Positions 8,925 to 18,387 of a stretch of DNA of 64,000 bases are shown here, in pieces. The stretch comes from an uncultured Gemmatimonadales bacterium (GTDB taxonomy: Bacteria > Gemmatimonadota > Gemmatimonadetes > Gemmatimonadales > GWC2-71-9), in NCBI GenBank assembly GCA_963697065.1, contig CAVOMQ010000001.1:386518-450517 (forward strand). The letters run 5' to 3'. A program made the position numbers and the translations under genes. Position 1 is the first letter of the stretch, and the number at the start of each line of letters is the position of its first letter. The notes beneath the pieces are model-generated. The model did no database searches. It saw only the letters and a program-made list of their open reading frames with translations, and was not told where the DNA came from.

Positions 8925-9389
8925 TCAGGGGAGCGACGTTTCCCGTCCTCCGTTCCAGCGGTGCCAATACATCCGCAATTCGGTGATCCGCTCTCCATCG
9001 GTTTCAGCGAACAGCGCCCCGCGAGCGTCGACCCACTCGCCGGTGGTGCGACGGCGGAAGACCAGCTTGAACTCGGCGGCGAACCACGGTCCGGCGGTAA
9101 AGATCTCGCCGGTGGTGAAGGTCGCCTCGGACTGATAGTACGGGATGTCGCTGGCCCACTTGCGGATGGCGGCCTGGCCGGTGATCGGCTCGGAAAACGG
9201 CGTTTCGATGAACACCGCGTTCTCGCTGAAGGCGCCCGCGAGTTCCTCGACGCGACCTTTGCTCCAGCCGTGCGCCAGCGCGTCCGTCAGCTCGCGAGCG
9301 TGGCTCGCAAAGGTCGGCTTGTCGTCTCCTGCCGGTTCGGTCAACGCCCAGCTCCCGGTCGAAGGGCCATCAGCCCGCGCCGCGGCCAC
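8925..9389 (-). CDS. NTF2/SnoaL-like fold protein; start uncertain
   Basis: C-terminal part of ORF 8925..9740: ...ELAGAFSENAVFIETPFSEPITGQAAIRKWA...FRRRTTGEWVDARGALFAETDGERITELRMYW. GTG at complement of 9387-9389 was chosen because third-position GC favours this frame from there. An alternative TTG lies at 9344. Confidence 0.5.
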   Translation of the reverse strand: MAAARADGPSTGSWALTEPAGDDKPTFASHARELTDALAHGWSKGRVEELAGAFSENAVFIETPFSEPITGQAAIRKWASDIPYYQSEATFTTGEIFTAGPWFAAEFKLVFRRRTTGEWVDARGALFAETDGERITELRMYWHRWNGGRETSLP

Positions 9390-9414
9390 AGCGGCGGGCA
9401 GGGCAAATCTAGCG

Positions 9415-9849
9415 TCATGACCGGCGTCGACGCCTTCTCCGTGCGTCGCATCCAGGCGCCGATGCCGGTCGATCCTGACACGAGAGGGTAGGACAGCCTC
9501 CGCACCCGGATCGAGAACCCGGCGCCGGCGAATAGCTGGTCCGCGGCGTGATCGAGTCCGACACCGGCGAACGCGTCGACGGCGGGAACGAGTGACTGCG
9601 CTCCGGCTGATCGCCTCGAGCGCGGGTATAGGTGTAGCCGCTTTCGATCTGGATCCGCCCCGGCTCGACGCGTGCCGTGCAGTCGGTGAAGTCGGGGCGA
9701 TCAGTCGAGAGGACCGACGTGTCGGCCTGCTGGGCGGCAACGCGAGATGTCGGCGGGACCGCCGCGGCGAGACCCAGCGCGGCGCGAAGAAGACCCCGGA
9801 GGAGCCGACGCGACGCGGGCAACCGGATCACGACCCGACCCGCCGCCAC
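9415..9849 (-). pseudogene. Possible truncated/frameshifted outer-membrane channel fragment (MetA-pathway/transporter-family-like N-terminus)
   Basis: GTG start and signal peptide RLLRGLLRAALGLAAAVPPTSRVAAQQ, then STDRPDFTDCTARVEPGRIQIESGYTYTR, which resembles the first strands of that beta-barrel family. After about codon 85 the frame degenerates and third-position GC shifts to another frame. Only about 170 codons are available before the next gene. Confidence 0.3.
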
Positions 9850-10403
9850 TCAGCCAGGACGGGTGTCAGGATCCGTTCGGTCATTCCCCACAGCAGTCCC
9901 TGCGGCAGGCGATAGCCGTCGACCTCGCGCGTCCTGCCGCCGACATCGACGGTGTGGCGGCCGAAGATGCCGGGTGAGGCGAGTTGTTCCAGCGTGATCC
10001 ATTCGGCGGCGACGACCTCCGCGCTCGTCGCCGGGGGATACGCCCGCGGCGACTCGAAGGCGAACGGGCGCACCAAGATGCGCGGCACGGTTACGGTGAG
10101 CGGGGCCAGGTCGTCCAGTTCGGCGCGGTACCACGCCGAGTCGATGATGACGCCGGTCTCTTCTCGAGTTTCGCGGATGGCGGTGGTGAGTAGTCTTCCG
10201 TCAGACGGCTGGTATCGTCCCCCTGGCAGCGCGAGTTGTCCCGACCACGGATCGCCGCGGCGTTCGGCGCGACGGATGAGCAGCAGCCGATCAGGATCGG
10301 CCGTCAGTAGCAGTGCAACCGCGGCGCGGGATCTGTCCGGGTCGTCGACGCGGCGCGGCGGGCGGCGGGCGAGCGCGTGGAGGAGCGGCTCAAGCGCGCT
10401 CAA
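9828..10403 (-). CDS. NUDIX hydrolase (CoA pyrophosphatase-like)
   Basis: Nudix box GGRYQPSDGRLLTTAIRETREETGV. Confidence 0.8.
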   Translation of the reverse strand: MSALEPLLHALARRPPRRVDDPDRSRAAVALLLTADPDRLLLIRRAERRGDPWSGQLALPGGRYQPSDGRLLTTAIRETREETGVIIDSAWYRAELDDLAPLTVTVPRILVRPFAFESPRAYPPATSAEVVAAEWITLEQLASPGIFGRHTVDVGGRTREVDGYRLPQGLLWGMTERILTPVLAEWRRVGS

Positions 10404-10478
10404 TTGTCACGACACCACGGCTTGGGTTGCCCACCGTTCGTGATTACGATTGGGCTCACACCGGACAGGAGACGATGC

Positions 10479-11033
10479 GTGCGCTCGTCCCACCCGACAC
10501 AACTCGCGGCAGCCAAGGCCGCTCTCGACGCCCGCGATGCGATGGTCGCGGAATGGGCGGACTGGCTGGCGGACCGGGCCGGTTCCCACAGCATTCCGCG
10601 TCCCGTGGTGGAGCGGGAGTTTCGTCTCGTCATCGATTGCCTTGTCGAAATGCTGGGCCCGTTCCGGCGGGAGGCCAGGACGGTCTGGCAGCACGTCATG
10701 GAGCACTATGGCCGGATGGCCGCCGCGCGCGGCCTCGCCGCCGGCGAGGTGGTCGAGGAACTGCAGCAGCTCCGCGTGCTCCTCATCAAGTATATCGGCG
10801 CCTTCGTGGCGGCGATGCGCCCGCGCCGCGCCGTGGCGGTATTTCTGCGGCTCAACGCCATCGTCGACGGCGGCATCGCGGCGGCGGTCGTGGGCTACAC
10901 CGACGCGCTGGTGGCGTCGCTGCTGATGACCGACCGCACCACTCAGCCCCTCACCGAGGCGAACGCCGACGATGTCGCGCGTCAGCTCGACTCGCTGGAG
11001 AGCGAGTTGAGCGTCATCACGGTCCACAAATAG
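10479..11033 (+). CDS. Hypothetical all-helical cytoplasmic protein (possibly an RsbR-N-like sensor fold)
   Basis: GTG at 10479 within ORF 10377..11033, preceded by AGGAGA at about 7 nt. No diagnostic motif recognised. Confidence 0.5.
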   Translation: MRSSHPTQLAAAKAALDARDAMVAEWADWLADRAGSHSIPRPVVEREFRLVIDCLVEMLGPFRREARTVWQHVMEHYGRMAAARGLAAGEVVEELQQLRVLLIKYIGAFVAAMRPRRAVAVFLRLNAIVDGGIAAAVVGYTDALVASLLMTDRTTQPLTEANADDVARQLDSLESELSVITVHK

Positions 11034-11042
11034 CGGCCGGCG

Positions 11043-12170
11043 GTGGCGATCCCCTGGGCCGCGGGGCTGCCGTGGGCGCTGCCGTTGGCGTCGTTTCCGA
11101 TCCTCCGCCGCCGCACGCCTGACGTCACGAATGTCCCGCCGATCGGCGGCGTTCCGATCTCCGTCATCGTGCCGGCGCGCAACGAGTCGGCAACCATCGG
11201 AACGTTGACGCGCTCGCTGCTCGCGTCGGAGTATCATCCGTTCGAGATCATCGTCGTCGACGACCGTTCGAGCGACGATACCCGGGCGCAACTGTCACGT
11301 TTCGCCCGTGCCGATCCGAGGGTCCGGATCATCGACGGGACGGAACTTCCACCCGGCTGGCTGGGCAAACCGTGGGCCTGCGCGCAGGGTGCGGCGGCGG
11401 CCACCGGCACGCTTCTGGTATTCACGGACGCCGATACCGTTCACGCACCCGGGTTGCTTGGCCACGTCGCGGCGGCGATGACGGCCGACGACGTCGACCT
11501 CTTCACCCTGATGTCGCACCAGCAGTGCGTCACCTTCTGGGAACGGATCGTTCAGCCGCAGGTCTTCTTCATCCTGCTGCTCCGCTACCACCCGGCGCGG
11601 GTGAATCGCGCCCGGCGCACCGGCCAGGCAATTGCGAACGGACAGTTCCTGGCGGTCCGCCGCGATACCTACGAACGACTTGGCGGACACGGAGCGGTAC
11701 GCGGCGAGGTGGTGGAAGACCTGGCGATGGCGCAGCACTTCGTCCGGAACGGCGCCCGGCTGCGGCTGATGTTCAGCGGCTTGCTGCTCACGACGCGGAT
11801 GTACCGGTCGCTCGCGGATATCATCGAGGGATGGTCGAAGAATCTCTATATCGGCTCGCGGCGCTCGGCGCCCGATTCCACGCTGCTCCGCGCCCTGGCC
11901 CCGGCGGGGCTGATTGCAGGATTCGTCGTCTGGCTGATGCCGTGGCTGGCACTGCTGCTCCCGTCACTGCGCACAGCGGCGGCGGTGGCGATCGCGGCGT
12001 CACTGGCCTCGTGGTGCGCCATCTATTTCGCGATGGACCTGCCGCTGGTATATGCCGCAGGCTATCCACTCGGTGCTGCAACGGCGCTCTGGATCGCACT
12101 CCGCTCGACACTGCGCGGGCAGCGACGGATCGAATGGCGGGGACGGATCTATCGCGCTCCCGCCGATTGA
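11043..12170 (+). CDS. Family 2 glycosyltransferase, membrane-anchored
   Basis: ISVIVPARNESATIG...EIIVVDDRSSDDT (GT-A DxD region) and FTDADTV. C-terminal TM segments. Confidence 0.8.
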   Translation: MAIPWAAGLPWALPLASFPILRRRTPDVTNVPPIGGVPISVIVPARNESATIGTLTRSLLASEYHPFEIIVVDDRSSDDTRAQLSRFARADPRVRIIDGTELPPGWLGKPWACAQGAAAATGTLLVFTDADTVHAPGLLGHVAAAMTADDVDLFTLMSHQQCVTFWERIVQPQVFFILLLRYHPARVNRARRTGQAIANGQFLAVRRDTYERLGGHGAVRGEVVEDLAMAQHFVRNGARLRLMFSGLLLTTRMYRSLADIIEGWSKNLYIGSRRSAPDSTLLRALAPAGLIAGFVVWLMPWLALLLPSLRTAAAVAIAASLASWCAIYFAMDLPLVYAAGYPLGAATALWIALRSTLRGQRRIEWRGRIYRAPAD

Positions 12171-13090
12171 CCCGGAACGGTATGTCCGCCGAGCGCCTCG
12201 TCGATCAGCTGGCTCCAGATGGCCCGGACGAACGGGTCTGCCGGAATGGACTTGATCGTCCCGAGGACGGTGTCGCCGTACGCGGCCAGTCGCTGCGACA
12301 ATGACTTGAACCCCGAAACGGAGCCCCGCCGCTGGATTGTTTCGAGCCGTGCCACCATCCCGTCTACCGTATCCCGTTCGTCACCGAGCGCCCGCAGAGC
12401 CGAGTCGCTTCGGGCCATCCGCGCGAACCGGCCGCGACCCCCACGGGCGGTGTCGGGGAGAAACGGCGCCTGCGGCATGGCGAGCGACATGGCGAGCGCC
12501 GCGCCACGATACGTATCGCCGTCGAGCCAACCGGCCGGTGGAACCGGCAGCCCCCGTTCCAGGAACGACACGTCGGGATTGTCGTGCGCGAACGGGCCGA
12601 ATGGTGACGGAATGAACCAGACGTGCGTCATGACCAGCCGGTGTCCCGGGATCGCCAGCAGCGGGTGCTCGTGCCATATCGGGATGTTGTCGAACGCGTC
12701 GGGCGGTGCAGCATGCTGGTCGATCTCGTAGGCGTAGGCGACACCGATGAGCATCGGCACACCCCGTTCGTCGATGAACATGAGCACCGGAGGACGGTCG
12801 AGATCGAAGCGGTCCGCCATCACCAGCGAGCGGTTGACCCAGTGCTGGCCCTGCAGCGGCACGTCACCGAACAGCGGCCGGTATCCCGCGACCCTCGCCT
12901 TCTCGGGGGTATCGAATTGAGCGGCCGCGCGCTTCGCCTCGGCAATCTGTGCCCGAGCGCTGGCGGTGAGCGGGCGCGACATCATCGACCCCATCGACGC
13001 CGGATGTTGCGCCGTCAGGCGCGCGGCCGCGAGCAGCAGCGCCGAGCCGGCGATCGCCACGAAACGGACCGCCGATGAGCGGCGCGGCAC
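12149..13090 (-). CDS. Exported hypothetical protein
   Basis: GTG at complement of 13088-13090 gives signal peptide MPRRSSAVRFVAIAGSALLLAAARLTAQ. The remainder of ORF 12149..13498 has coding-like composition. No family recognised. Confidence 0.55.
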   Translation of the reverse strand: MPRRSSAVRFVAIAGSALLLAAARLTAQHPASMGSMMSRPLTASARAQIAEAKRAAAQFDTPEKARVAGYRPLFGDVPLQGQHWVNRSLVMADRFDLDRPPVLMFIDERGVPMLIGVAYAYEIDQHAAPPDAFDNIPIWHEHPLLAIPGHRLVMTHVWFIPSPFGPFAHDNPDVSFLERGLPVPPAGWLDGDTYRGAALAMSLAMPQAPFLPDTARGGRGRFARMARSDSALRALGDERDTVDGMVARLETIQRRGSVSGFKSLSQRLAAYGDTVLGTIKSIPADPFVRAIWSQLIDEALGGHTVPGQSAGAR

Positions 13091-13125
13091 CCGGATCCGG
13101 GCGCCGGACAGCGGTGTCTTCCTCG

Positions 13126-13449
13126 TCAATGCCAATGCCCCGGGACCCAGTAGTAGCCGCGGCGGGAGTGTTGCCAATGGCCGGTGGACCAGCGCGCCCT
13201 GGGGCGGGGCGGCCGGTCCCAGCGGCCGTCGACCCAAACGTAGGCATTGCTCTGCCAGCTCCAATAGCCGGCGATCCAGACGTAGCCGGCGCCCGGCGCC
13301 GTCCCGATGACTTCCACGCGGCGCGGCGGCGGCGACCCGGCGACCACCATGGCCCCGGGAGGCGGCAGCGGCGCGCAGGCAAGGATGGTTGCCGCCAGGA
13401 CGGGGACGGTACCCAACCAGATCCGACGACTCAGCAATGCGGTAGACAT
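13126..13449 (-). CDS. Small lipoprotein with YXWGXW-type Trp-rich repeats
   Basis: ATG at complement of 13447-13449 with GGAGAG upstream. Lipobox ILAC. Repeats GYVWIAGYWSW, YVWVDGRW, WSTGHW, YYWVPGHW. Confidence 0.65.
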   Translation of the reverse strand: MSTALLSRRIWLGTVPVLAATILACAPLPPPGAMVVAGSPPPRRVEVIGTAPGAGYVWIAGYWSWQSNAYVWVDGRWDRPPRPRARWSTGHWQHSRRGYYWVPGHWH

Positions 13450-13587
13450 CGCTCGCTCTCCTTGGTCGATGGCCGGGAAATGCCCTCCCCCGGGCCACCA
13501 GTTTGACCGCGTTCGCGCCCCGGCGTTAATGGTGGGCCTGGCTTCGGCACTTGCCCACCCATCCCCCGCGGCATCAGGATCCACCCG

Positions 13588-14622
13588 ATGTCCAATCTGA
13601 CGACCTCCGCACCGGCCAGAGGCACATCGGCTCCGCCGCCGCTGCGCTGGGGGGTGCTCGGGACCGCGAGCATCGCCACCCGCCAGGTGATTCCGGCCCT
13701 GGCGGCCGCCGACGGCGCGGTGCTGGCCGCGGTGGCGTCGCGTTCGCGCGACCGGGCCGCGGCGGCGGCGACCCGGTTCGGGTTTGCCCGGGCGCACGGA
13801 TCGTATCAGGAACTGCTCGACGACGACAGCGTCGACGCTGTGTACATCCCGTTGCCCAACCATCTCCACGTGCCGTGGTCGGTCAAGGCGTTGGAGGCGG
13901 GAAAACACGTGCTCTGCGAAAAACCGATCGCGCTCACCAGCACCGACCTCAAGCCGCTCCTGGCCGCATCGGCGGCACAGCCGCATCTCCGCGTGATGGA
14001 GGCGTTCATGTATCGCTGCCATCCGCGCTGGCGGGCGCTGGAAGGGCTGGTCCGCGACGGTGCAATCGGCGAAATCGGAGCGGTCAGCACGGCGTTCTCG
14101 TACTTCAACGTCGATGCCGAAGACGTCCGCAACCAGGGCGCGATCGGCGGTGGGGCGTTGCTGGACATCGGTTGCTACGGCGTGTCGGTGGCGCGCCTCC
14201 TCTTCGGTGGCGAGCCCGCCAAGGTGTCGGCCTCGATCCATCACGACGAGCGGTTCGACACCGACCGGCTGACCGGCATCCTGCTGGAATTTCCCGCCGG
14301 GTCGGCCACAGTGATCTGTTCCACGCAGCTTGCCGCGTTCCAGCGGGTCACCGTTTTCGGATCCGAGGGGTGGATCGACATCGACCAACCGTTCAATCCG
14401 CCCGCCGACCGACCGACCCTTCTGGTAATACACCGTCGGGACGGAGTGGAAGAACGTGCTTTTCCTCCATGCAACCAGTACGTGGAACAGGCGGACCGGT
14501 TCGCGCAAGCCGTCGCCGGCGGCACCCTGCCGGTGCCGCTCGCGGACAGCGCGGCCAACACCCGGGTGCTGGACGCGGTGCACGAGAGTGTCCGCTTCGG
14601 CGAAGCGATTCCCATTGTGTAG
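13588..14622 (+). CDS. Gfo/Idh/MocA family NAD(P)-dependent oxidoreductase
   Basis: LRWGVLGTASIA Rossmann N-terminus and the EKP motif (VLCEKPIAL). Confidence 0.85.
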   Translation: MSNLTTSAPARGTSAPPPLRWGVLGTASIATRQVIPALAAADGAVLAAVASRSRDRAAAAATRFGFARAHGSYQELLDDDSVDAVYIPLPNHLHVPWSVKALEAGKHVLCEKPIALTSTDLKPLLAASAAQPHLRVMEAFMYRCHPRWRALEGLVRDGAIGEIGAVSTAFSYFNVDAEDVRNQGAIGGGALLDIGCYGVSVARLLFGGEPAKVSASIHHDERFDTDRLTGILLEFPAGSATVICSTQLAAFQRVTVFGSEGWIDIDQPFNPPADRPTLLVIHRRDGVEERAFPPCNQYVEQADRFAQAVAGGTLPVPLADSAANTRVLDAVHESVRFGEAIPIV

Positions 14623-15562
14623 ACGCGCCGAGGCCGCGCTGGCCGCCGTACTGTTCGCCGCGGCGTGCGCGCCACCGGCACCGAAGCCACAGCCGAACCT
14701 CGCCGCCGAGCTGGTGACGGCGGCACGCGACGACTCGACGGGGCTGATCACCCGCCTGCTCGACGGCGGATTGCCGCCCGACACGGCGGCTTCCGACGGG
14801 AGCCGCGCGCTGGTAGAGGCGGCCCGCTTCGGGCACGCCGACGCCGTCGCCGTATTGCTCGCCGCCGATGCCGATCCGACGCTGGCGGACCACCAGGGGT
14901 GGCGGGCGATCGACTACGCCGTCGACAGCGCGAACACCGAGATCGCCGCGGCACTGACCATTCAGGCGGCACGGTTTGCGGGCGCAAGCGGCGACGCACT
15001 GACGTGGTTCGTGCGGGTCAAGGCCGACACCGGCGACTACCGCGACTGGTCGCATGCGCTGGACGGCGAACTGGCGTCGCTCGGCCTGCTCTATGCCACG
15101 CTGGTGCGGCGCCAGAGCGCCGTCGGCGCGCTCCGCCGCGCGGCGGGGATCGGCAACCGACTCGGGTACGCGCCGCTCGATATCGCGGCCCGTCTCGACG
15201 AACCGGAGGCCGTGGCGGCACTCCTTGCCGGCGGCGCCAATCCCGATCTCGAGACCACCGGTCCGCTCCACCGCACCGCGTTGATGGAGGCAGCGCGCGC
15301 CGGCAACGTCACCATCGGCAGAATGTTGCTCCGCGAAGGCGCCCGCGTGGATCACGCCGACGGGCACGGCGAGACCGCGCTGATTCGAGCCGCGCGTTGG
15401 GGCCACACGGCGTTCGTCCGGATGCTGCTCGACGCCGGCGCCGACCCGACGCTTACCAATCGAGCCGGTGAAACGGCGCTGCAAGCGGCGCAACAGACCA
15501 AGCGCGACGACTGCGTCAGGCTGCTTCGCGCCCACCCGGAACGCGAAACGGGCATGCTCTAG
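14615..15562 (+). CDS. Ankyrin-repeat lipoprotein
   Basis: TTG at 14615 in the frame of ORF 14456..15562, overlapping the upstream stop. Lipobox-like AVLFAAAC. Several ANK repeats (GSRALVEAARFGHADAVAVLLAADADP, HRTALMEAARAGNVTIGRMLLREGARVD, GETALIRAARWGHTAFVRMLLDAGADP). Confidence 0.75.
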   Translation: MCRRAEAALAAVLFAAACAPPAPKPQPNLAAELVTAARDDSTGLITRLLDGGLPPDTAASDGSRALVEAARFGHADAVAVLLAADADPTLADHQGWRAIDYAVDSANTEIAAALTIQAARFAGASGDALTWFVRVKADTGDYRDWSHALDGELASLGLLYATLVRRQSAVGALRRAAGIGNRLGYAPLDIAARLDEPEAVAALLAGGANPDLETTGPLHRTALMEAARAGNVTIGRMLLREGARVDHADGHGETALIRAARWGHTAFVRMLLDAGADPTLTNRAGETALQAAQQTKRDDCVRLLRAHPERETGML

Positions 15563-15760
15563 GCCCGCTCCGTCGTCGCAGTCCGTTGCCGATCCGGCCG
15601 GGCACGGCGGAGGGGGATCACGCGCCACCCGATCCTGCCGGGTCTGGTATACTCATGCGATCCGCCGTCGGTGACCAGCCGGAAATGACACCGCGTGTCG
15701 AGTGATGCTCGCGCGTCCGGACGCGCGACTCCGTTGGATACCAGCCGCCAGGACAACCAT

Positions 15761-16954
15761 GTGAAGTGGATGCCGACCGGAGTGTTGCTGGTGGTCGCAA
15801 TGAGCGCCCGGTGCGGCGCCGCGGCGGCGCAACGCTTCGACACCGTGGCCACGAGAGTCCTGGCGCCGGGAGTCGTCTACCGGCACCTGATCGCGCCGGA
15901 CGGGCCGTGGAGCATCAACGTCGTCACCGCTGACCTCCGCCACCCGGGCGTCCGGATCGAGGCACTCCGGGCACACGACCGGCTGCGCGGCCGCGAGACG
16001 GTCCGTTCGATGGTCCGCCGGCACGCCGGCGACTCGCTGCGGATCGTGGCCGCCGTCAACGCGGACTTCTTCAATCTCAAGACGGGCGAAAACGAGAACG
16101 AACAGGTCATCGATGACCGGATCTGGCGGGCGGAGCCGCTTACCGACGCGCCGCAGGAGCACGCCCGCTCGGTTCGCTCGCAGTTCGCGATCGACGCCGC
16201 CGGGCGACCGCGGATCGAGCAATTCGTCTTCCATGGGACCGTATCCGCACCGGGCGCGCCGCCGATCCGGGTCGACGCCGTCAATGTCATTCCGGACTCC
16301 GATGCCGTGGTGTGGTTCACGCCGCGTTTCGGCGACACGTTGCGTGGCGACACACTTCCCGGCCACGATTTCGCGCTGCCACTCACGCCGCTCGGTGCGC
16401 GCGGCGACACCCTGCGTTTCGCGTCCGGACCACCACATCGGCAGGACGCCGTGACCATTCCGGCCGGCGGCGTTCTCGCCGGTTTCGGGGCGGCTGCCGG
16501 AGCCATCGCCGCGCTGGCACGGCCCGACGAGCGGCTCACCATCGTCACGTCATTCGCTCCGGACCGGGGATCGCTCACCGTGCTCACTGGAGGCTGGGGC
16601 CGGCTGGTGGAAGACGGCCGCAACGTGGGAGACAGCACCGATCAGTGGGAGGGAACGCTGCCGAGCTTCTCGGTGGCGCAGCACCCGCGCACCGGCGTCG
16701 GCTTTTCGCGCGACAGCAACACGGTGGTGCTGGTCACGGTCGACGGGCGCCAGGAATCGAGTTCCGGAATGTCGCTGCACCAGTTCGGCGCGCTGATGCG
16801 CCAGCTCGGTGTCTTTCAGGGGATGAACCTCGACGGCGGCGGATCGACGACGATGGTCGTGGGAGACTCCGTGGTGAATCACCCATCCGACAGCGGCGGA
16901 GAGCGCGCGGTGGGCAGCGCGCTCGTCGTCACGATCCGCAGGAAGTCGCCGTGA
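15761..16954 (+). CDS. Exported phosphodiester glycosidase family protein (DUF2233 / NAGPA-like)
   Basis: GTG at 15761 (or ATG at 15770) gives signal VKWMPTGVLLVVAMSARCGAAAAQ. NADFF and NLDGGGSTTM motifs. Confidence 0.7.
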   Translation: MKWMPTGVLLVVAMSARCGAAAAQRFDTVATRVLAPGVVYRHLIAPDGPWSINVVTADLRHPGVRIEALRAHDRLRGRETVRSMVRRHAGDSLRIVAAVNADFFNLKTGENENEQVIDDRIWRAEPLTDAPQEHARSVRSQFAIDAAGRPRIEQFVFHGTVSAPGAPPIRVDAVNVIPDSDAVVWFTPRFGDTLRGDTLPGHDFALPLTPLGARGDTLRFASGPPHRQDAVTIPAGGVLAGFGAAAGAIAALARPDERLTIVTSFAPDRGSLTVLTGGWGRLVEDGRNVGDSTDQWEGTLPSFSVAQHPRTGVGFSRDSNTVVLVTVDGRQESSSGMSLHQFGALMRQLGVFQGMNLDGGGSTTMVVGDSVVNHPSDSGGERAVGSALVVTIRRKSP

Positions 16955-18066
16955 CAGCCACGCCGGTGTGGGAGGACGGCGCCGCGTTGCCACTCTCGTC
17001 GCTCACCGGGGAGGTCGAGGCCGATGTCTGCGTCGTCGGGCTGGGCGGTGCGGGGCTGGCGGCCACGCTCGAACTGCTGGCGCACGACAGAACCGTCGTG
17101 GGACTCGACGCCGGACCGATCGGCGGCAGCGCCTCGGGGCGCAACGGCGGCTTTCTCCTGGCCGGATTGCCCGCGTTCCATCACGACGCGGTGCGGGCGA
17201 TCGGCCGGGAACGGGCACGCCGTATCTACCGCCGGACGATCGAGGAACTCGACCGCATGACAGCGGAGACGCCGTCGATCATCCGACGTACCGGCTCGCT
17301 GCGCATCGCGGCCGACGAAAGGGAGGCGGCGGACTGTGAACGACAGCAAGCCGCGATGGTGGCCGACGGATTACCGGTGGAACCCTACCGCGGCCCGGAA
17401 GGCACGGGCCTGCTGGTCCCCACCGACGGCGTCTTCAACCCATTGCGGCGCTGCCGGACGCTGGCGGCACGAGCGGTGGAGCGCGGCGCGCGTCTGTTCG
17501 AACACTCGCGTGCCCGTGACATCAGCGCCACGACGGTCGCGACCGGAGACGGCACAGTTCACTGTGGCAACGTGATCGTCGCGATCGATGGCGGGCTGGG
17601 AACGGTGCTCCCGGAGCTGGCGCCGCGCGTGCGCACCGCCCGGCTGCAGATGCTCGCCACCGAGCCGCTGCCGGACGCGCGGTTCACGCGCCCGGTCTAC
17701 CGCCGCTGGAGCTACGACTACTGGCAGCAGCTTCCCGACGGCAGCATCGCGCTGGGCGGCGGCCGGGACCGCGGCGGCGAGAGTGAGTGGACGTCCGACG
17801 CCCGCACCACCGAGGCGGTTCAGCGCTATCTCGACATCACCCTCCGCGACATCGTCGGCGTCGATGCTCGCGTCGTTCGGCGCTGGGCCGCGATCGTCGG
17901 TTACTCCGGCGACGGCATGCCGGTGGTGACCGAAGTCAGGCCCGGCGTGTGGGCCGCCGGGGGCTACTGCGGAACCGGAAACATCCTCGGCGCGGTCTGC
18001 GGTCGTGGCATGGCGCAGCTGCTGGCGCGCGGCACGACCGATCTGCTGGCGGGGCTGCAGAGCTGA
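16951..18066 (+). CDS. FAD-dependent oxidoreductase (DAO family)
   Basis: GTG at 16951 overlaps the upstream stop (GTGA). Dinucleotide-binding VCVVGLGGAGLAATLEL. Confidence 0.8.
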   Translation: MTATPVWEDGAALPLSSLTGEVEADVCVVGLGGAGLAATLELLAHDRTVVGLDAGPIGGSASGRNGGFLLAGLPAFHHDAVRAIGRERARRIYRRTIEELDRMTAETPSIIRRTGSLRIAADEREAADCERQQAAMVADGLPVEPYRGPEGTGLLVPTDGVFNPLRRCRTLAARAVERGARLFEHSRARDISATTVATGDGTVHCGNVIVAIDGGLGTVLPELAPRVRTARLQMLATEPLPDARFTRPVYRRWSYDYWQQLPDGSIALGGGRDRGGESEWTSDARTTEAVQRYLDITLRDIVGVDARVVRRWAAIVGYSGDGMPVVTEVRPGVWAAGGYCGTGNILGAVCGRGMAQLLARGTTDLLAGLQS

Positions 18067-18162
18067 CCCGACGATGGTGGGCGATCTGGCGGCGCCGCGC
18101 ACCGGCGTTGATCTTTGCCGCCGGCAGACGACACTTGAATGACCCTCTACCGTGAGTGCGGC

Positions 18163-18387
18163 ATGTCCATCTTCTCGATTCGCTGGCTGACCGTCGCGGC
18201 CGCGGCTGGCGCGATCTCGTGTGCTGCGTCGCACCAACCGAAAGCGCCGCCGCCTACCGAACGCCAGGTGGACAGTGCCATCGGCCAGTCGCGCCTCCCC
18301 GGGGCGGCCGGCGTCCGGGGGGCGCTGCGCGTCGCCGACTCGGCGAAGGCGCGCAACGCCCGCCTCGATTCGCTGGGCGGCGACTAG
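18163..18387 (+). CDS. Small putative lipoprotein
   Basis: ATG at 18163. MSIFSIRWLTVAAAAGAISC lipobox-like. Its stop abuts the start of the next gene. Confidence 0.45.
   Translation: MSIFSIRWLTVAAAAGAISCAASHQPKAPPPTERQVDSAIGQSRLPGAAGVRGALRVADSAKARNARLDSLGGD

Noticed and set aside
13126-14784. 552-aa minus-strand ORF
   Set aside because: Apart from the last 107 codons (the Trp-repeat lipoprotein), it is antisense to the Gfo/Idh/MocA oxidoreductase and ankyrin genes.
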